Positions 40,330-51,874 of a DNA stretch of 64,000 bases are shown in pieces. The stretch covers positions 145,514,001-145,578,000 of the forward strand of contig OZ024740.1 of the NCBI GenBank assembly GCA_964016885.1, in the 5' to 3' direction. Position numbers and translations under genes: made by a program. The stretch is from Eledone cirrhosa (taxonomy: Eukaryota). A model generated the notes under the pieces. It did no database searches. It was not told where the DNA came from and worked only from the letters and a program-made list of their open reading frames with translations. Each line of letters opens with the position of its first letter. Position 1 is the stretch's first letter.

Positions 40330-41570
40330 CCATAAATAGATGTCTAATGGGGGAAACTAGCAAAACTTTCGAGAAATAGAGCTGACAAGAACCTTGCAGT
40401 TAGCGCCCCAACTCCCTTAAACATCTCGAACGCCACAGGCTGGAAAATGTAATAAACCAGCAGATCACGGTATTTCAGGATTTTGTTCCGTTCAGCTGCG
40501 AAAGCTGTAGTTCTCGCCCTAACCACAGCATCCAGGATGTGGGAAGAAGCAAAAGAGTTTCTAATTGTGACATCCCAGATACGACACCTAATTCTTATCC
40601 AGGGGCACAGGGTAAGACCGCCAGGTCTTTTCCCATCAATTCTGGAAACCCAGACGGTTCTAAAATTGAAGGGATGTTTGCTCGGGCCAAATCTCTCTTG
40701 ATGATAAGGTTTAGCTTAGTGTGACGCGCGAAGCGACCGGCATTCAGGCAGCAAGATAGACCGTGAAGGCTTGTGGAGTCATTTCAGACCCGTACAGATG
40801 TCGGCTCCCACTCTGAGGGCAATGAAGACACGAAGCTTGTCCAAGCTGAGTAGGCCACAAATGTTACGCACGGGTAGGGCATCAACCCAGTCACCTGAGT
40901 ATTTGACGCCAGCAGACAGTAAGCGACAGCTTGAGACCTGATCTGACTGGTCAAAGAGAGAGTCAAATGTGGCCTTCGAATGTATGATGTCCGAAGCCCT
41001 TTGAGTCCGTTTGTCCTCCACCTTTTCAGGAACAGACAAACCCAACTCTCTCCACCGAAGAAGAACTTCATCGATCTCCCTGTTGGAACTAGTCCATGTT
41101 GGAAAGGAGAGGATGATACTCACCAGGGTGGAGCAAGCGTGGGTGGAGGAAAGGAAGCAGGGGAGAGAGAGGAACGAGCATTTACGTAGACCAAGACCGC
41201 CAAATCGCTTGGGCAACGCAGCCTGACCACGGGATTTTGGAGATAGTCTGACATTGACCAAGCACTCGAGTTTCTCGAAGATTGGGTCGTCAAAGCGTTG
41301 GAAACATGACGAAAATCTGTGAGATGGGCTAACCCTGAGCCTATATAGAAGCTTAAGAATCGAAAGGTAGTTCCTGAGTATGAAAAAACCTTGATGGGGT
41401 TCGATTGCCTCAATATTCTTCAATAATTGCTCAAAGCCAACCATCTTCGATTGGAAAATTGACTCAAAGGCAAGGTCTGTAATCGGGGCTCCTAAGGAGT
41501 ACCAAGCCGTCAGGGGAGGGTCGCAATGGAAGGAAAGGACTCTGCAAACAGGTCAATTGTCTGTTGATGT
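40330..41570 (-). mobile_element. CRE-clade RLE LINE 3' fragment, decayed
   Basis: AALPKRFGGLGLR, SGDWVDALP, HGLSC..GRFARH, DGKRPGGLT..PW..WDVT, FQPVAFE. Confidence 0.75.
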
Positions 41571-42085
41571 TGAGAAGTTGGGTGGATAAGAATTAATAAT
41601 AAAACTGTGGGTACCAAATTATCACAGTATGGTTTAAAACGGTGATTAGAAAAATATTAAGGGTTAGCTAACTTTGTTCTCTGGTCGAGTAAACAAGGGA
41701 AACAACACCGAACGTTTCTGAATTCTTAGCTGCAGTCGGAGGAAGTATATCGTAATATTTGCCATAGCTTGCTGGCACTGTAATAACTAGCTTACGATGT
41801 AGAAATGTTCGTAAAAATCATTTAGTGGTGCTTGGGAATGAAATTGGCTGATGATTTATTTATATAGAGGTGATAACTGCATTTTATTGTAATGATAATG
41901 GTTTGGATTATTTTCAATTACTTCAGTATCAAATCACAATAGTGTTATATGTTTTTGTATAAACCCGTAACTTCAGATGGGGCCGTAGGGACACCATTAT
42001 GACATCGGCGTGCCATGGGCATTTTAAACTGCGCAGAATCCATGCCCTCTCCAAGTCTGAACAAGCCGGTTTCTTCCAGAGAGAG

Positions 42086-42167
<82 letters not shown>

Positions 42168-42242
42168 AGAAGAAGAAGAAGAATCGACCCCCAGTACTGG
42201 ACTGATAATTTTTTATCGACCTCGAAAGGGTGAAAGGCAAAT

Positions 42243-42840
42243 TGTAGCGAGATCTGTCCACGCCTTGAACCTTCGGTGACACCTAAAGGTCAAATTCTAG
42301 GTCGCCACCTTTTTGGTGTGAACAGGTTGATGCGTTGGCTATCCCCAAGGTGGGAGGCAGAAAGCGACAGGTATATAAAGCTTATATTTTCCCACCTTGA
42401 ACAGAAAGATCGGAGCATTACTCTAGCAACTAACTATGTAAAGATTCACCGCTACCTTCAGGCCCTTGAGGTCTACAGAAACACAGAGATATCGGGAGCC
42501 CTACTATTACAGACCTGCTATGTGAAAGATTCACCGCTATCTACAGGCCACACTGGTCTATAGTCATCTACAGACCATTCAGAAGTATACAAACCATTAC
42601 TCTCTCTCACTCACTATGGTCTCAGACTCACGACGACAACGTCAACCTTCGCAACTCTTGGTAACTTGTTTTATTGTACTTTTATGATTCACGTGAAGTA
42701 AACCATATATAAACTAAAATCATTTATTCTTATTATACTTGTTATTACATCTAACAACTGTTATAATCACATCTAACTATCATATTAATCCATCTAACCA
42801 TTTCTTACTTATACAATCTTAAAAAATACCCTTCGTTAAA
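42243..42840 (+). mobile_element. Solo LTR inserted in a minus-strand SINE (41975-42242 plus 42841-42918)
   Basis: Termini TGTAGCGA...TCGTTAAA (decayed TG..CA inverted ends); TATA-like TATATAAA at ~42373; splits the SINE motif GGCAAAG/TTGACCTC. Confidence 0.65.
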
Positions 42841-43175
42841 AAGTTGACCTCGATGGGATTTGAACTCAGAGAGCACTAGAACAAATACCACAAAGTATTC
42901 TATCCATCGTTCTAAAGACTCTATCAATTTGCCGTCTAGTGTTATATATTGGGATTATGAAAATTTATCAAGAGTAAGCTAACATTATTCTATGGTCGAG
43001 AAAATAAGAATTTGATTCTCGAATGTTGTCAATATTTGATATTTAATAAATTAAAACCGTTCTTATTTATTTCATCTACTTCAATTATCTATCGAAAATA
43101 TATCCGGGTTTCACGGCTATTTTATTTATCCAAACATAATAGTGAGTGATAAATATTCACAATATAAACATCAAA

Positions 43176-43480
43176 AAGGTGGCGAATTAGCAGGGTCGAT
43201 AGAACGTCGGATAAAATGCTGAGTTCAAATCCAACCGACGTCCACTATGCCTTTCATCCTTTCGAAATGGATAAATAGTCAGGAATTGGAGTCGATTCTT
43301 CCTCTGTTTTTCTCTTTCACTGTCCCTTTCTATCATTTTCTTTTCTCTCTTTGGACGAAATCGACTATTTTCAGACCGGGAGAGAGATGAACTCCGCTAC
43401 ATTTAAATGTTCAAGATACGCCGTATATCAGTACGGCACCCCTGCGACTACATCCGGAGTTAAGGGACAATAGCATGACC
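43176..43480 (+). mobile_element. tRNA-SINE, long family, uninterrupted
   Basis: Head GGTGGCGAATTAGCAG..GAGTTCAAATCC, pyrimidine-rich middle, conserved tail. Confidence 0.65.
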
Positions 43481-44157
43481 AGCATTAAAGTGAATTCCTT
43501 CCAAACCGCCATCAAAACTACTTGTATCAATCGACTATTGAATCCATTTCATTCAATCTCAAGATTTGACAGCAACTTAAAATACATCCTAAAACTCAAC
43601 TGGTGTCTCGTTAGACGTAAATGCCACAGAGTGTGGGAAATTGTTTCCCCTTGTTAAACCTACATTAATCAAACATTATATAAGAACAGCCAAAAGGTGT
43701 GAGACAGAAATAGGCAGCTATACAAACAGAGATTTATGAAACGCTGATAAAGTTATCATGGCATGTCTATGAAAATTTTTTTGGGTTTTTTTTTTTTGTT
43801 AGTAAAAGCAAATATCGTCCTCGGTCAACGCCTTTTGATATTAAGAACCAGACGATAAATATATTAAAATACGTTCTCTTACAAAATTAAGATGTTTTCT
43901 AAATATTGTTTCTGTGGAGCTTACAGTGCAGTTGAATGTTTTCAGACTTCCATTTCCATTGTAGCTTATAAGTCAGTGACTCTCGGAAAGTGAAACTATT
44001 GCATTCCATGAATATGCGAGATGGTGAGAACAATAAAATGTTGCAATAAACAGCAATGGATATGAAAAGTTGATTGGTAATCGTTCAAGAATGATTCAGT
44101 AAAAAGTGTGGAACTGCAGTTAACTCAAACACATTAGTGGGAATTCCTAACAAAGAA

Positions 44158-44200
<43 letters not shown>

Positions 44201-44830
44201 TTGGGGGTATTAAGTTAGATTTGCCATATAATAGTAATGCGTTATTGGTGAATAACCAGCCATACAGACAAAAACAATAATTATGAAACTTGAGAAGACT
44301 ATTACATTAACAAGGTAACAAGGTTTTTTCAGCCTAAGTAAATATGTTGAGTAATCGGCACATTGGCTCTTGATTTCTTTCTCAAATTATTTACATTTCG
44401 TAAAATGACTTTATTATATAAGCATATTCCAAGAAGATACACATAACAGCTAACGACAAGGTAATATATAACATTCAATTAAGATCAAACATGTTTTATG
44501 AACCTTATCTTTGCATCGACTTACATAATCCTTGATCGTAATTTCTTAAATAAGGCTAAAAAGTTCGTGATATCTTTCATAACCACAGCTCAGAACTGTA
44601 CTCCATAAAGAAAGGTGATATCAATTTATTTACTGTTTATTTCAGAATTGAGCCTCCTTTCAAGTTTGCAAATTTTCTTGAAATAAGGACCTCTACAATA
44701 TCTGGCAATGACAATTTGACAAGTTAGTCTCACTACGAAATTTCAAAACTTGTCATAATACTACGTGTATGAAATAATATTTTTCTTAATTACAAAACGT
44801 TAACAGTAACTTTTAACTTTGATAATAAAG

Positions 44831-44994
44831 GCCGGTGGATTGGCAGTATCGGTAGAGGGTCGGGCGCCATGCTTTTCGGCATAGAGTTACGGCCTTTGCG
44901 CTCTGAGTTCAAATCCCGCCGAGGTTAATTTTGCCTTTCATAAAGCACCAGTAATGCACTAGGATAATTGCTGGCCTTGTGCCAAAAGTAGAAA
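44831..44994 (+). mobile_element. tRNA-SINE (short family), internally deleted
   Basis: Matches 2788-2970. Confidence 0.8.
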
Positions 44995-45524
44995 CTTTGA
45001 TAGATATGTATTTTGTAACGATTAGAAGGTGTCATATATATATCATGTATCCAAATCCATGCAGTAAATAACTAGGGCTAATAGATCTTAAGTTACTTTT
45101 CCTTTATATTCAGGACCTATTTTTCGTATACATAAAACCTACAATCTATCCTACCAGTGTTCAACGTGTGATCAGCTCAATCCTAAGACCTTTAAACTTG
45201 TTGGTGCTAAGTTGATGAGTGGTACCAAGTTACCCAATAATATTATCATTGTTTTCGTGGGTCCAATCCCCTTAAATCTAGGTCAGCTATTATCTAACAC
45301 TCTCTAAAATATTAAAAATGTCTATTTGTATGTTTGCTCGAGCTGAAACTATGTTTTGATTTATGCACTTTTGAGACAAATACAACTTGCACGAAGTTTG
45401 ATACAGTATAACTGTTGCAATTAATGACTGTATTTTTACAATTAATCAATAGAAAAGATGACATCGGGGGTAGTCATGACAGAGACACACGAACATGCAC
45501 ACACACAGACAGACAGACACACAC

Positions 45525-45576
<52 letters not shown>

Positions 45577-45643
45577 AAGGTTTAGTAAATAATGAAAAAG
45601 TTTCAAAATAAATTTTAAAAAATTGACTTTACCCACTATAGTT

Positions 45644-45727
45644 ACCTTTACCGATCGGTTTCGAATCCCAAAAATAAAACGTAGGCCATACGGCCTTCGT
45701 TGCAAAGAGAGATTCTCGTCAGAAGGT
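45644..45727 (-). ncRNA. Type I hammerhead ribozyme
   Basis: Reverse complement of 46582-46665. Confidence 0.85.
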
Positions 45728-46581
45728 TCTTTTCATTCAAAGAATATAAAATTCCTGAATTTAAATCACAAACTAGCGCTATCAAAGACTGTTCCTGGGA
45801 TGAGAGTGGATGATGTAGAACAGGTTTATCAAGGGCCGTAGTAAAGATAGAGGCAAAAGGAGGTAGGTCAAACTAGCCACCGCTGTTATCAGCAGCAGTC
45901 GGAATGACCCGGTTTGTTCTCAACGTATGTGGAGGTAGTAGTAATATGAAATACGTCCTTTCACGCACAAGGCGCCAAGGTACGCATGTATTGTCCAACC
46001 AAGTGCCAGTGTGGTTCAATGGCGGGTTAATAAATTAACGAGCCAGAACAAATATAAACAAGGTTTAGTAAATAATGAAAAAGTTTCAAAATAAATTTTA
46101 AAAAATTGACTTTACCCACTATAGTTGGGCCTACGTATGGCCTACGTTTTATTTTTGGGATTCGAAACCGATCGGTAAAGGTAACTATAGTGGGTAAAGT
46201 CAATTTTTTAAAATTTATTTTGAAACTTTTTCATTATTTACTAAACCTTGTTTATATTTGTTCTGGCTCGTTAATTTATTAACCCGCCATTGAACCACAC
46301 TGGCACTTGGTTGGACAATACATGCGTACCTTGGCGCCTTGTGCGTGAAAGGCCGTATTTCATATTACTACTACCTCCACATACGTTGAGAACAAACCGG
46401 GTCATTCCGACTGCTGCTGATAACAGCGGTGGCTAGTTTGACCTACCTCCTTTTGCCTCTATCTTTACTACGGCCCTTGATAAACCTGTTCTACATCATC
46501 CACTCTCATCCCAGGAACAGTCTTTGATAGCGCTAGTTTGTGATTTAAATTCAGGAATTTTATATTCTTTGAATGAAAAGA

Positions 46582-46665
46582 ACCTTCTGACGAGAATCTC
46601 TCTTTGCAACGAAGGCCGTATGGCCTACGTTTTATTTTTGGGATTCGAAACCGATCGGTAAAGGT
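46582..46665 (+). ncRNA. Type I hammerhead ribozyme
   Basis: ACCTT-CTGACGA-GAATCTC..GGGATTC-GAAA-CCGATCGG-TA/AAGGT: complete core, stems I and II, palindromic stem III, GUA cleavage after 46660. Confidence 0.88.
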
Positions 46666-47064
46666 AACTATAGTGGGTAAAGTCAATTTTTTAAAATTTA
46701 TTTTGAAACTTTTTCATTATTTACTAAACCTTGTTTATATTTGTTCTGGCTCGTTAATTTATTAACCCGCCATTGAACCACACTGGCACTTGGTTGGACA
46801 ATACATGCGTACCTTGGCGCCTTGTGCGTGAAAGGACGTATTTCATATTACTACTACCTCCACATACGTTGAGAACAAACCGGGTCATTCCGACTGCTGC
46901 TGATAACAGCGGTGGCTAGTTTGACCTACCTCCTTTTGCCTCTATCTTTACTACGGCCCTTGATAAACCTGTTCTACATCATCCACTCTCATCCCAGGAA
47001 CAGTCTTTGATAGCGCTAGTTTGTGATTTAAATTCAGGAATTTTATATTCTTTGAATGAAAAGA

Positions 47065-47148
47065 ACCTTCTGACGAGAATCTCTCTTTGCAACGAAGGCC
47101 GTATGGCCTACGTTTTATTTTTGGGATTCGAAACCGATCGGTAAAGGT
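47065..47148 (+). ncRNA. Type I hammerhead ribozyme
   Basis: Identical motif 483 bp downstream; cleavage after 47143. Confidence 0.88.
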
Positions 47149-47321
47149 AACTATAGTGGGTAAAGTCAATTTTTTAAAATTTATTTTGAAACTTTTTCAT
47201 TATTTACTAAACCTTGTTTATATTTGTTCTGGCTCGTTAATTTATTAACCCGCCATTGAACCACACTGGCACTTGGTTGGACAATACATGCGTACCTTGG
47301 CGCCTTGTGCGTGAAAGGACG

Positions 47322-47368
<47 letters not shown>

Positions 47369-47373
<5 letters not shown>

Positions 47374-48010
47374 ATTAGAGTTAAAACTCAATTGGAACCC
47401 TGTAACTATTAAGCTCCAAGTATAAAAATACTGAGCCGATTAATAATATATTTGCCAACGTTCACACAGAAAGATGAATTTGTCACCTCGTGCTTCGCTA
47501 GTCAAACGTGGTAAGCGTGTATTGAATAGAAATAACAGTCCAACACACACAACTTAATAAGCTCAACTTTTATACTTGGAGCTTAATAGTTACAGGGTTC
47601 CAATTGAGTTTTAACTCTAATTTTCATATATATTTCTGCTCCCTCACAAGTTGAGCTTATTAAGTTGCGTGTGTTGGACTGTTATTTCTATTCAATACAC
47701 GCTTACCACGTTTGACTAGCGAAGCACGAGGTGACAAATTCATCTTTCTGTGTGAACGTTGGCAAATAGTGTTTGTTGCATTTAATCTGATTCTCTCGCT
47801 GATGATACCTAGGATTATCTGTTACAAACACACTCAGGGCGAAACAGATTAGGGATAATCTGTCCGAGAGATATAATGGTTATTGAGGCGGTTTGTATAA
47901 TAATATATTTTTATTTTATCATTCTGTCTGCTTCTTGGTTAAATATTTCAAACAAATGTGGTTTTTCAACCCTTGTAATTTTAGACACACGGCTTACTGT
48001 GTTTCTTACT
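47369..48010 (+). mobile_element. Non-coding PLE-like/retrozyme element with interleaved inverted 5' segments
   Basis: 47369-47428 inverted at 47568-47627; 47450-47569 inverted at 47648-47767; hammerhead inside; (TA)n flanks. Confidence 0.65.
47792..47871 (+). ncRNA. Type I hammerhead ribozyme
   Basis: TCTCTCG-CTGATGA-...-GAAA-CAGATTA(GGGA)TAATCTG-TC/CGAGAGA: perfect 7-bp stems I and III, GUC site; stem II weak. Confidence 0.78.
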
Positions 48011-48036
48011 ATATATTATATATATATATATATATA

Positions 48037-48357
48037 AAGACACTCCGTCAGTTACGTCGACAAGTGTTCCAGTTGATACGATCAATGGAACAGCCTCCTC
48101 GTGAAACTAACGTGCAAGTGATGGAGCATTCCACAGACACGCGTACCCTTAACGTAGTTCTTAGGGAGATTCAGCGTGACACACAATGTGACAAGGCTGG
48201 CCCTTCGAATTACAGGTACAACTCATTTTTGCCAGCTGAGTGGACTTGAGCAACGTGAAATAAAGTGTGTTGCTCAAAGACACAATGCCCCGCCGGGGAT
48301 CAAACTCACATTTCGATTGTGAGCCGAATACCCAAAACAGAAAGCCAGGCGCCTTTC
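48037..48357 (-). mobile_element. tRNA-derived SINE, third family
   Basis: Decayed B-box (GAGTTTGATCCCC) followed by TTGTGTCTTTGAGCAACACACTTT; related pieces at 63320-63740. Confidence 0.7.
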
Positions 48358-48377
48358 ACACATACATACATACATAC

Positions 48378-48986
48378 ATGGTGGCTGCCAACTCGTTTTC
48401 GAGTACGGCCACTACTTTATATCCATGTAGGAGAACCCCTACCGATGCGCTGAACGAGTGTGACTTTTTAGTCCAGCCAGCGACTTGAAAACTCTGGTAC
48501 AAACACTACACTTGTGACAATTATTGACACATAGTGCTTTACCTTTGGTACCATGTGACGACAAGTGCAGAGAGATCTCCAGATACAAAACAATGCCTGT
48601 GCCGTGAAGCTTTTATAGTGAGCAAAGGCACTGTACAAAGCCAGTTCCACTCTCTTAACCAAGATGATATTTACCAAAAAGAAGAACAAGTCAACATCAT
48701 TGGATACCATCAGGGTTGCAGGTGTTATATCAGAGTTTTCCTTCTCCTAGAATTCTGCCTTGACAAAGGCTAAGGGGTCATCTCTCCCAGTGATTTTGGA
48801 TGGCCATTGACTCTTAAGAGCTCCTTTGCCCTTTGACAGGTTTTGTTTTTAGTCCTGCAGGATGTCCAAAGTCACCCTCCTCACCAAGAAACCTTGGTGC
48901 GGTTGCCAGTTTAGTCGCCAACGACCCGACCATGAGACAGGTTGTACTGGGATACATGTTACCAGTAGCACCAAGTGGTGTCCTGA
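48378..48986 (-). mobile_element. Non-autonomous RTE-derived element X (full length), outside the nest
   Basis: Copy of X with (CATA)n on both sides. Confidence 0.8.
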
Positions 48987-49343
48987 CATACATACATACA
49001 TAGATACATACATACATACATACATACATACATACATACATACATACATACATACATAAATACATACATACATACATACATACATACATACATACATACA
49101 TACAAACGTCACAACGAACGCCTTTATAGGGGTGACAACATAAGGATCGATTCGATTTGCTAGAAATGGCAGTCAGACACCATAAAATCACACACACAAA
49201 CGTCATAACGAACGCCTTCTTATACATAAAACAACACAAAACGACTGATTTGACCTGCTAGAAATAACAGCCAGCATGTGAGTGTCCATGTCCGTTTTTA
49301 AAGCTTCAGAAGGGTCTAAGCAATGCAATGAAGAACAATATAA

Positions 49344-49533
49344 TTGTTTCTACTTTTGTCACACGGCCAGCAATTATCCCAGTGCATTACTGGTACTTTA
49401 TTTTATCGACCTCGTAAGGATGAAAGGTAAAGTTAACCTCGGCAGGATTTGAACTCAGGGCGTAAAGGGCCGTGACTCTATGCTGCAAAGCATGGTATCC
49501 GACTCTCTACTGATACAGCCAATCCACCGCCCT
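49344..49533 (-). mobile_element. tRNA-SINE (short family)
   Basis: 15-bp TSD TGAAGAACAATATAA. Confidence 0.88.
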
Positions 49534-49624
49534 TGAAGAACAATATAAAACTTATATATATGTATGAATCACTACCTCCCTACGGACAACTGATGCCGCA
49601 TACAAGGTCCGAACACGGAAGAGC

Positions 49625-50560
49625 GGAACTCCCACTGTCATCACCTCCATCTCTCTCGCCCTCCCCATCTATCTATATTATGAGTAAATGGGGTCCCACA
49701 TGCTGGCCGCCCCACGGCCCCGGCGGATAGAATGGAGAAGGCGTTTCCCAGGATGATGATAAAGGAGATGCGCTGGAAGAGCCATTCCATCTTCCGAGGC
49801 TCCACTACGGCTAGCCAGCTCAGCGCCTATGTAGGTAAGTAGGGAGGTATTCCTAGAGCCAAGGACACCAGAAGTCTCCACTGCTTGGAGCACGACCACA
49901 AACCTGTCGGAGAGCGACCGGTACTTGAAGAGTTTGCCCTCCTCAGCCCGAAGTGCAGCAGAACCTGGATTAATCTCAGACTGCACCAGGCTGTGGCTGG
50001 AGAATTTGTCGCTGCAAATGGCATCCCAGACGAGGAGTTTGCCACCGCAGAACGCGAAGATGGTCATACCGTCTGGCCTTTTGTCGTCCCCTCGGTCCAG
50101 CCTCACCTGCTCGAGCTGGGAGGGGAAGCCTGCATTTTCCAAGCCATGCTTTATGACCTCGTTGAGAGCAGCATGGCGTGGAAGGTGGCCGGCACAGTAT
50201 CAACAGGAAAGCGGGTGGAGGCCGAAAGAGTTCACGATGGATCCACAGCGACATTTGTGTGGCCCGCAGGTCCTGAGGCCAAGCCTCAGAGAAACCCCGA
50301 TGCGCAAGTTATCGTTGTCCAGCTGTGTGCCAGTGGAGAAGGAGGGTAAGGCATGGAGCCAGCCACCGCTGTGTGGTTTTGCGGCATCGCGAAAACATGC
50401 AAGGCGGTGCTGGTCGAGCTGGCGCGCTAGCCTGTCTGAAGCCATGTTGCTCTGGATGGCATCCCAAATAATCTGTGGGAACTTGACGTCAGCAGGTGGA
50501 GAAGGAGGAGAACGTCTACTGGGCTGAGTCCAAGCCAGTTCCACGTCTCGCAGGCGACCT
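49625..50560 (-). mobile_element. CRE-clade RLE LINE 3' fragment
   Basis: HSGGWLHALP, LRIGVSLRLG..CRCG..GLHPLSC, DDKRPDGMT..GKLLVWD, AVETSG. Confidence 0.78.
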
Positions 50561-51080
50561 CACATTCCTCGGTCACAGTGGGTTCCAATGTTCCCCAAAA
50601 AAGATCAATATAAGTACCAAACTTACATATATGACGATAAGTTGCCTCCCTTTATTTCTCGTTTGTGGAAATAAAAGAGTTGTTTTACAACTATTTACAC
50701 TTAAAGAGAGATAGCAATAGATTTCTTTTTCTTTTTCATGTAAATGTCACGAATAGCTAAAATAAAACAACAGAATTAAGAATACATGAAAAATAGGAAA
50801 TAATTGCGTTTACCCCCCCCCCCCCCCCCCCCCCCCCGGGTAAACAGGAGAAGCAACTAATTGTTGTTATTTATATTTTTTAAACGAACATAAAATGTGA
50901 CTGCTTTTATTATAACCTTGCAACACTTCTCAATCACTTCGTCTTGGGTTGATTATATATATATATATATATATAAGACCGAAACCGTAGTGATTTCCAG
51001 AGGTTAACTGAGGAGGTGCCACTGGCTGTCTTTCCCTTGTTTTTTTCCATTGCCTTTGAATATATATATATATATATATA

Positions 51081-51138
51081 ATAATGAAATGACAGGAGGC
51101 TGGATTTACACAAATCCAGCCTCCTGTCATTTCATTAT
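51081..51138. repeat. Perfect 27-bp-arm inverted repeat
   Basis: ATAATGAAATGACAGGAGGCTGGATTT-ACAC-AAATCCAGCCTCCTGTCATTTCATTAT. Confidence 0.9.
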
Positions 51139-51278
51139 AATATTTAACTCCGTAATAGCACCACCAACTACAAAAACAAAGACGGTTGAACTGCTTTACG
51201 TTGAGTACTCTCTATATTATTGCATTACGATTGACCATACGGAATAGACCAGCTCTATACAGTGGTGAACCTCAAACC

Positions 51279-51321
<43 letters not shown>

Positions 51322-51327
<6 letters not shown>

Positions 51328-51862
51328 GTAATCTGAGTTGTTCGAATATTAATAATAATATTCGATTCGTTTGCAATTATGCAAACAAGCCTCATTTTTA
51401 AAGCCATGCCAGTAGAATGAACCCCTCATTCTTGCTCTTGTGTTGGCATGTAAACAGAACTGCAGAACTAATGTTTCTGGGTATTACTCTTCATCAGTAC
51501 AGCTCACTGTTCACCTGCCAACTGTCAGAGCTAGTGAAAATATATGATATTTTCTAAAATGTCCAGTGACTGACTGGCCTGATTTGCATATTAGCAGATC
51601 CACTGATCAGACAGATTTGCATATCAACAGACTGGCCAGTCAGCTTCCTCTATAGGAGCGATGAATGGCCAGCTTTGCCATATTCAAATAAAAAATTTTT
51701 TAAATGTTCGCTCTACATGGTTGAATACAATAAATGTAATCCGAGTTTTTCGAATATTAATTATAATATTCGATTCGTTTGCAATTATGCAAAAAAGCCT
51801 CATTTTGAAAGCCATGTCAATAGAATGAACCCTTTATTCTTGCTCTTGTGTTGGCATGTAAT
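51322..51862 (-). mobile_element. ~409-bp-unit partial tandem with degenerate minimal hammerhead
   Basis: 51322-51452 is repeated at 51731-51861; minus strand 51460-51502 reads CTGTA-CTGATGA-..-GAAA-..TC/TGCAG. Confidence 0.6.
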
Positions 51863-51874
51863 TTTTTTTTTATA

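Larger units (their letters stand above)
45572..47329. mobile_element. 483-bp tandem/inverted array with hammerhead ribozymes (non-LTR retrozyme-like)
   Basis: ~1.15 units on minus (45572-46126) joined back-to-back with ~2.5 units on plus (46127-47329); near-identical units; (TA)n on both flanks. Confidence 0.85.

Noticed and set aside
45623-47169. Identical 72-aa ORF in each 483-bp unit
   Set aside because: Non-ATG start, antisense to the hammerhead, no recognisable domain; identity simply reflects repeat identity
45572-47329. CRISPR array or ordinary satellite
   Set aside because: No repeat-spacer structure; few units, an inversion and a ribozyme in each unit fit a retro-insertion
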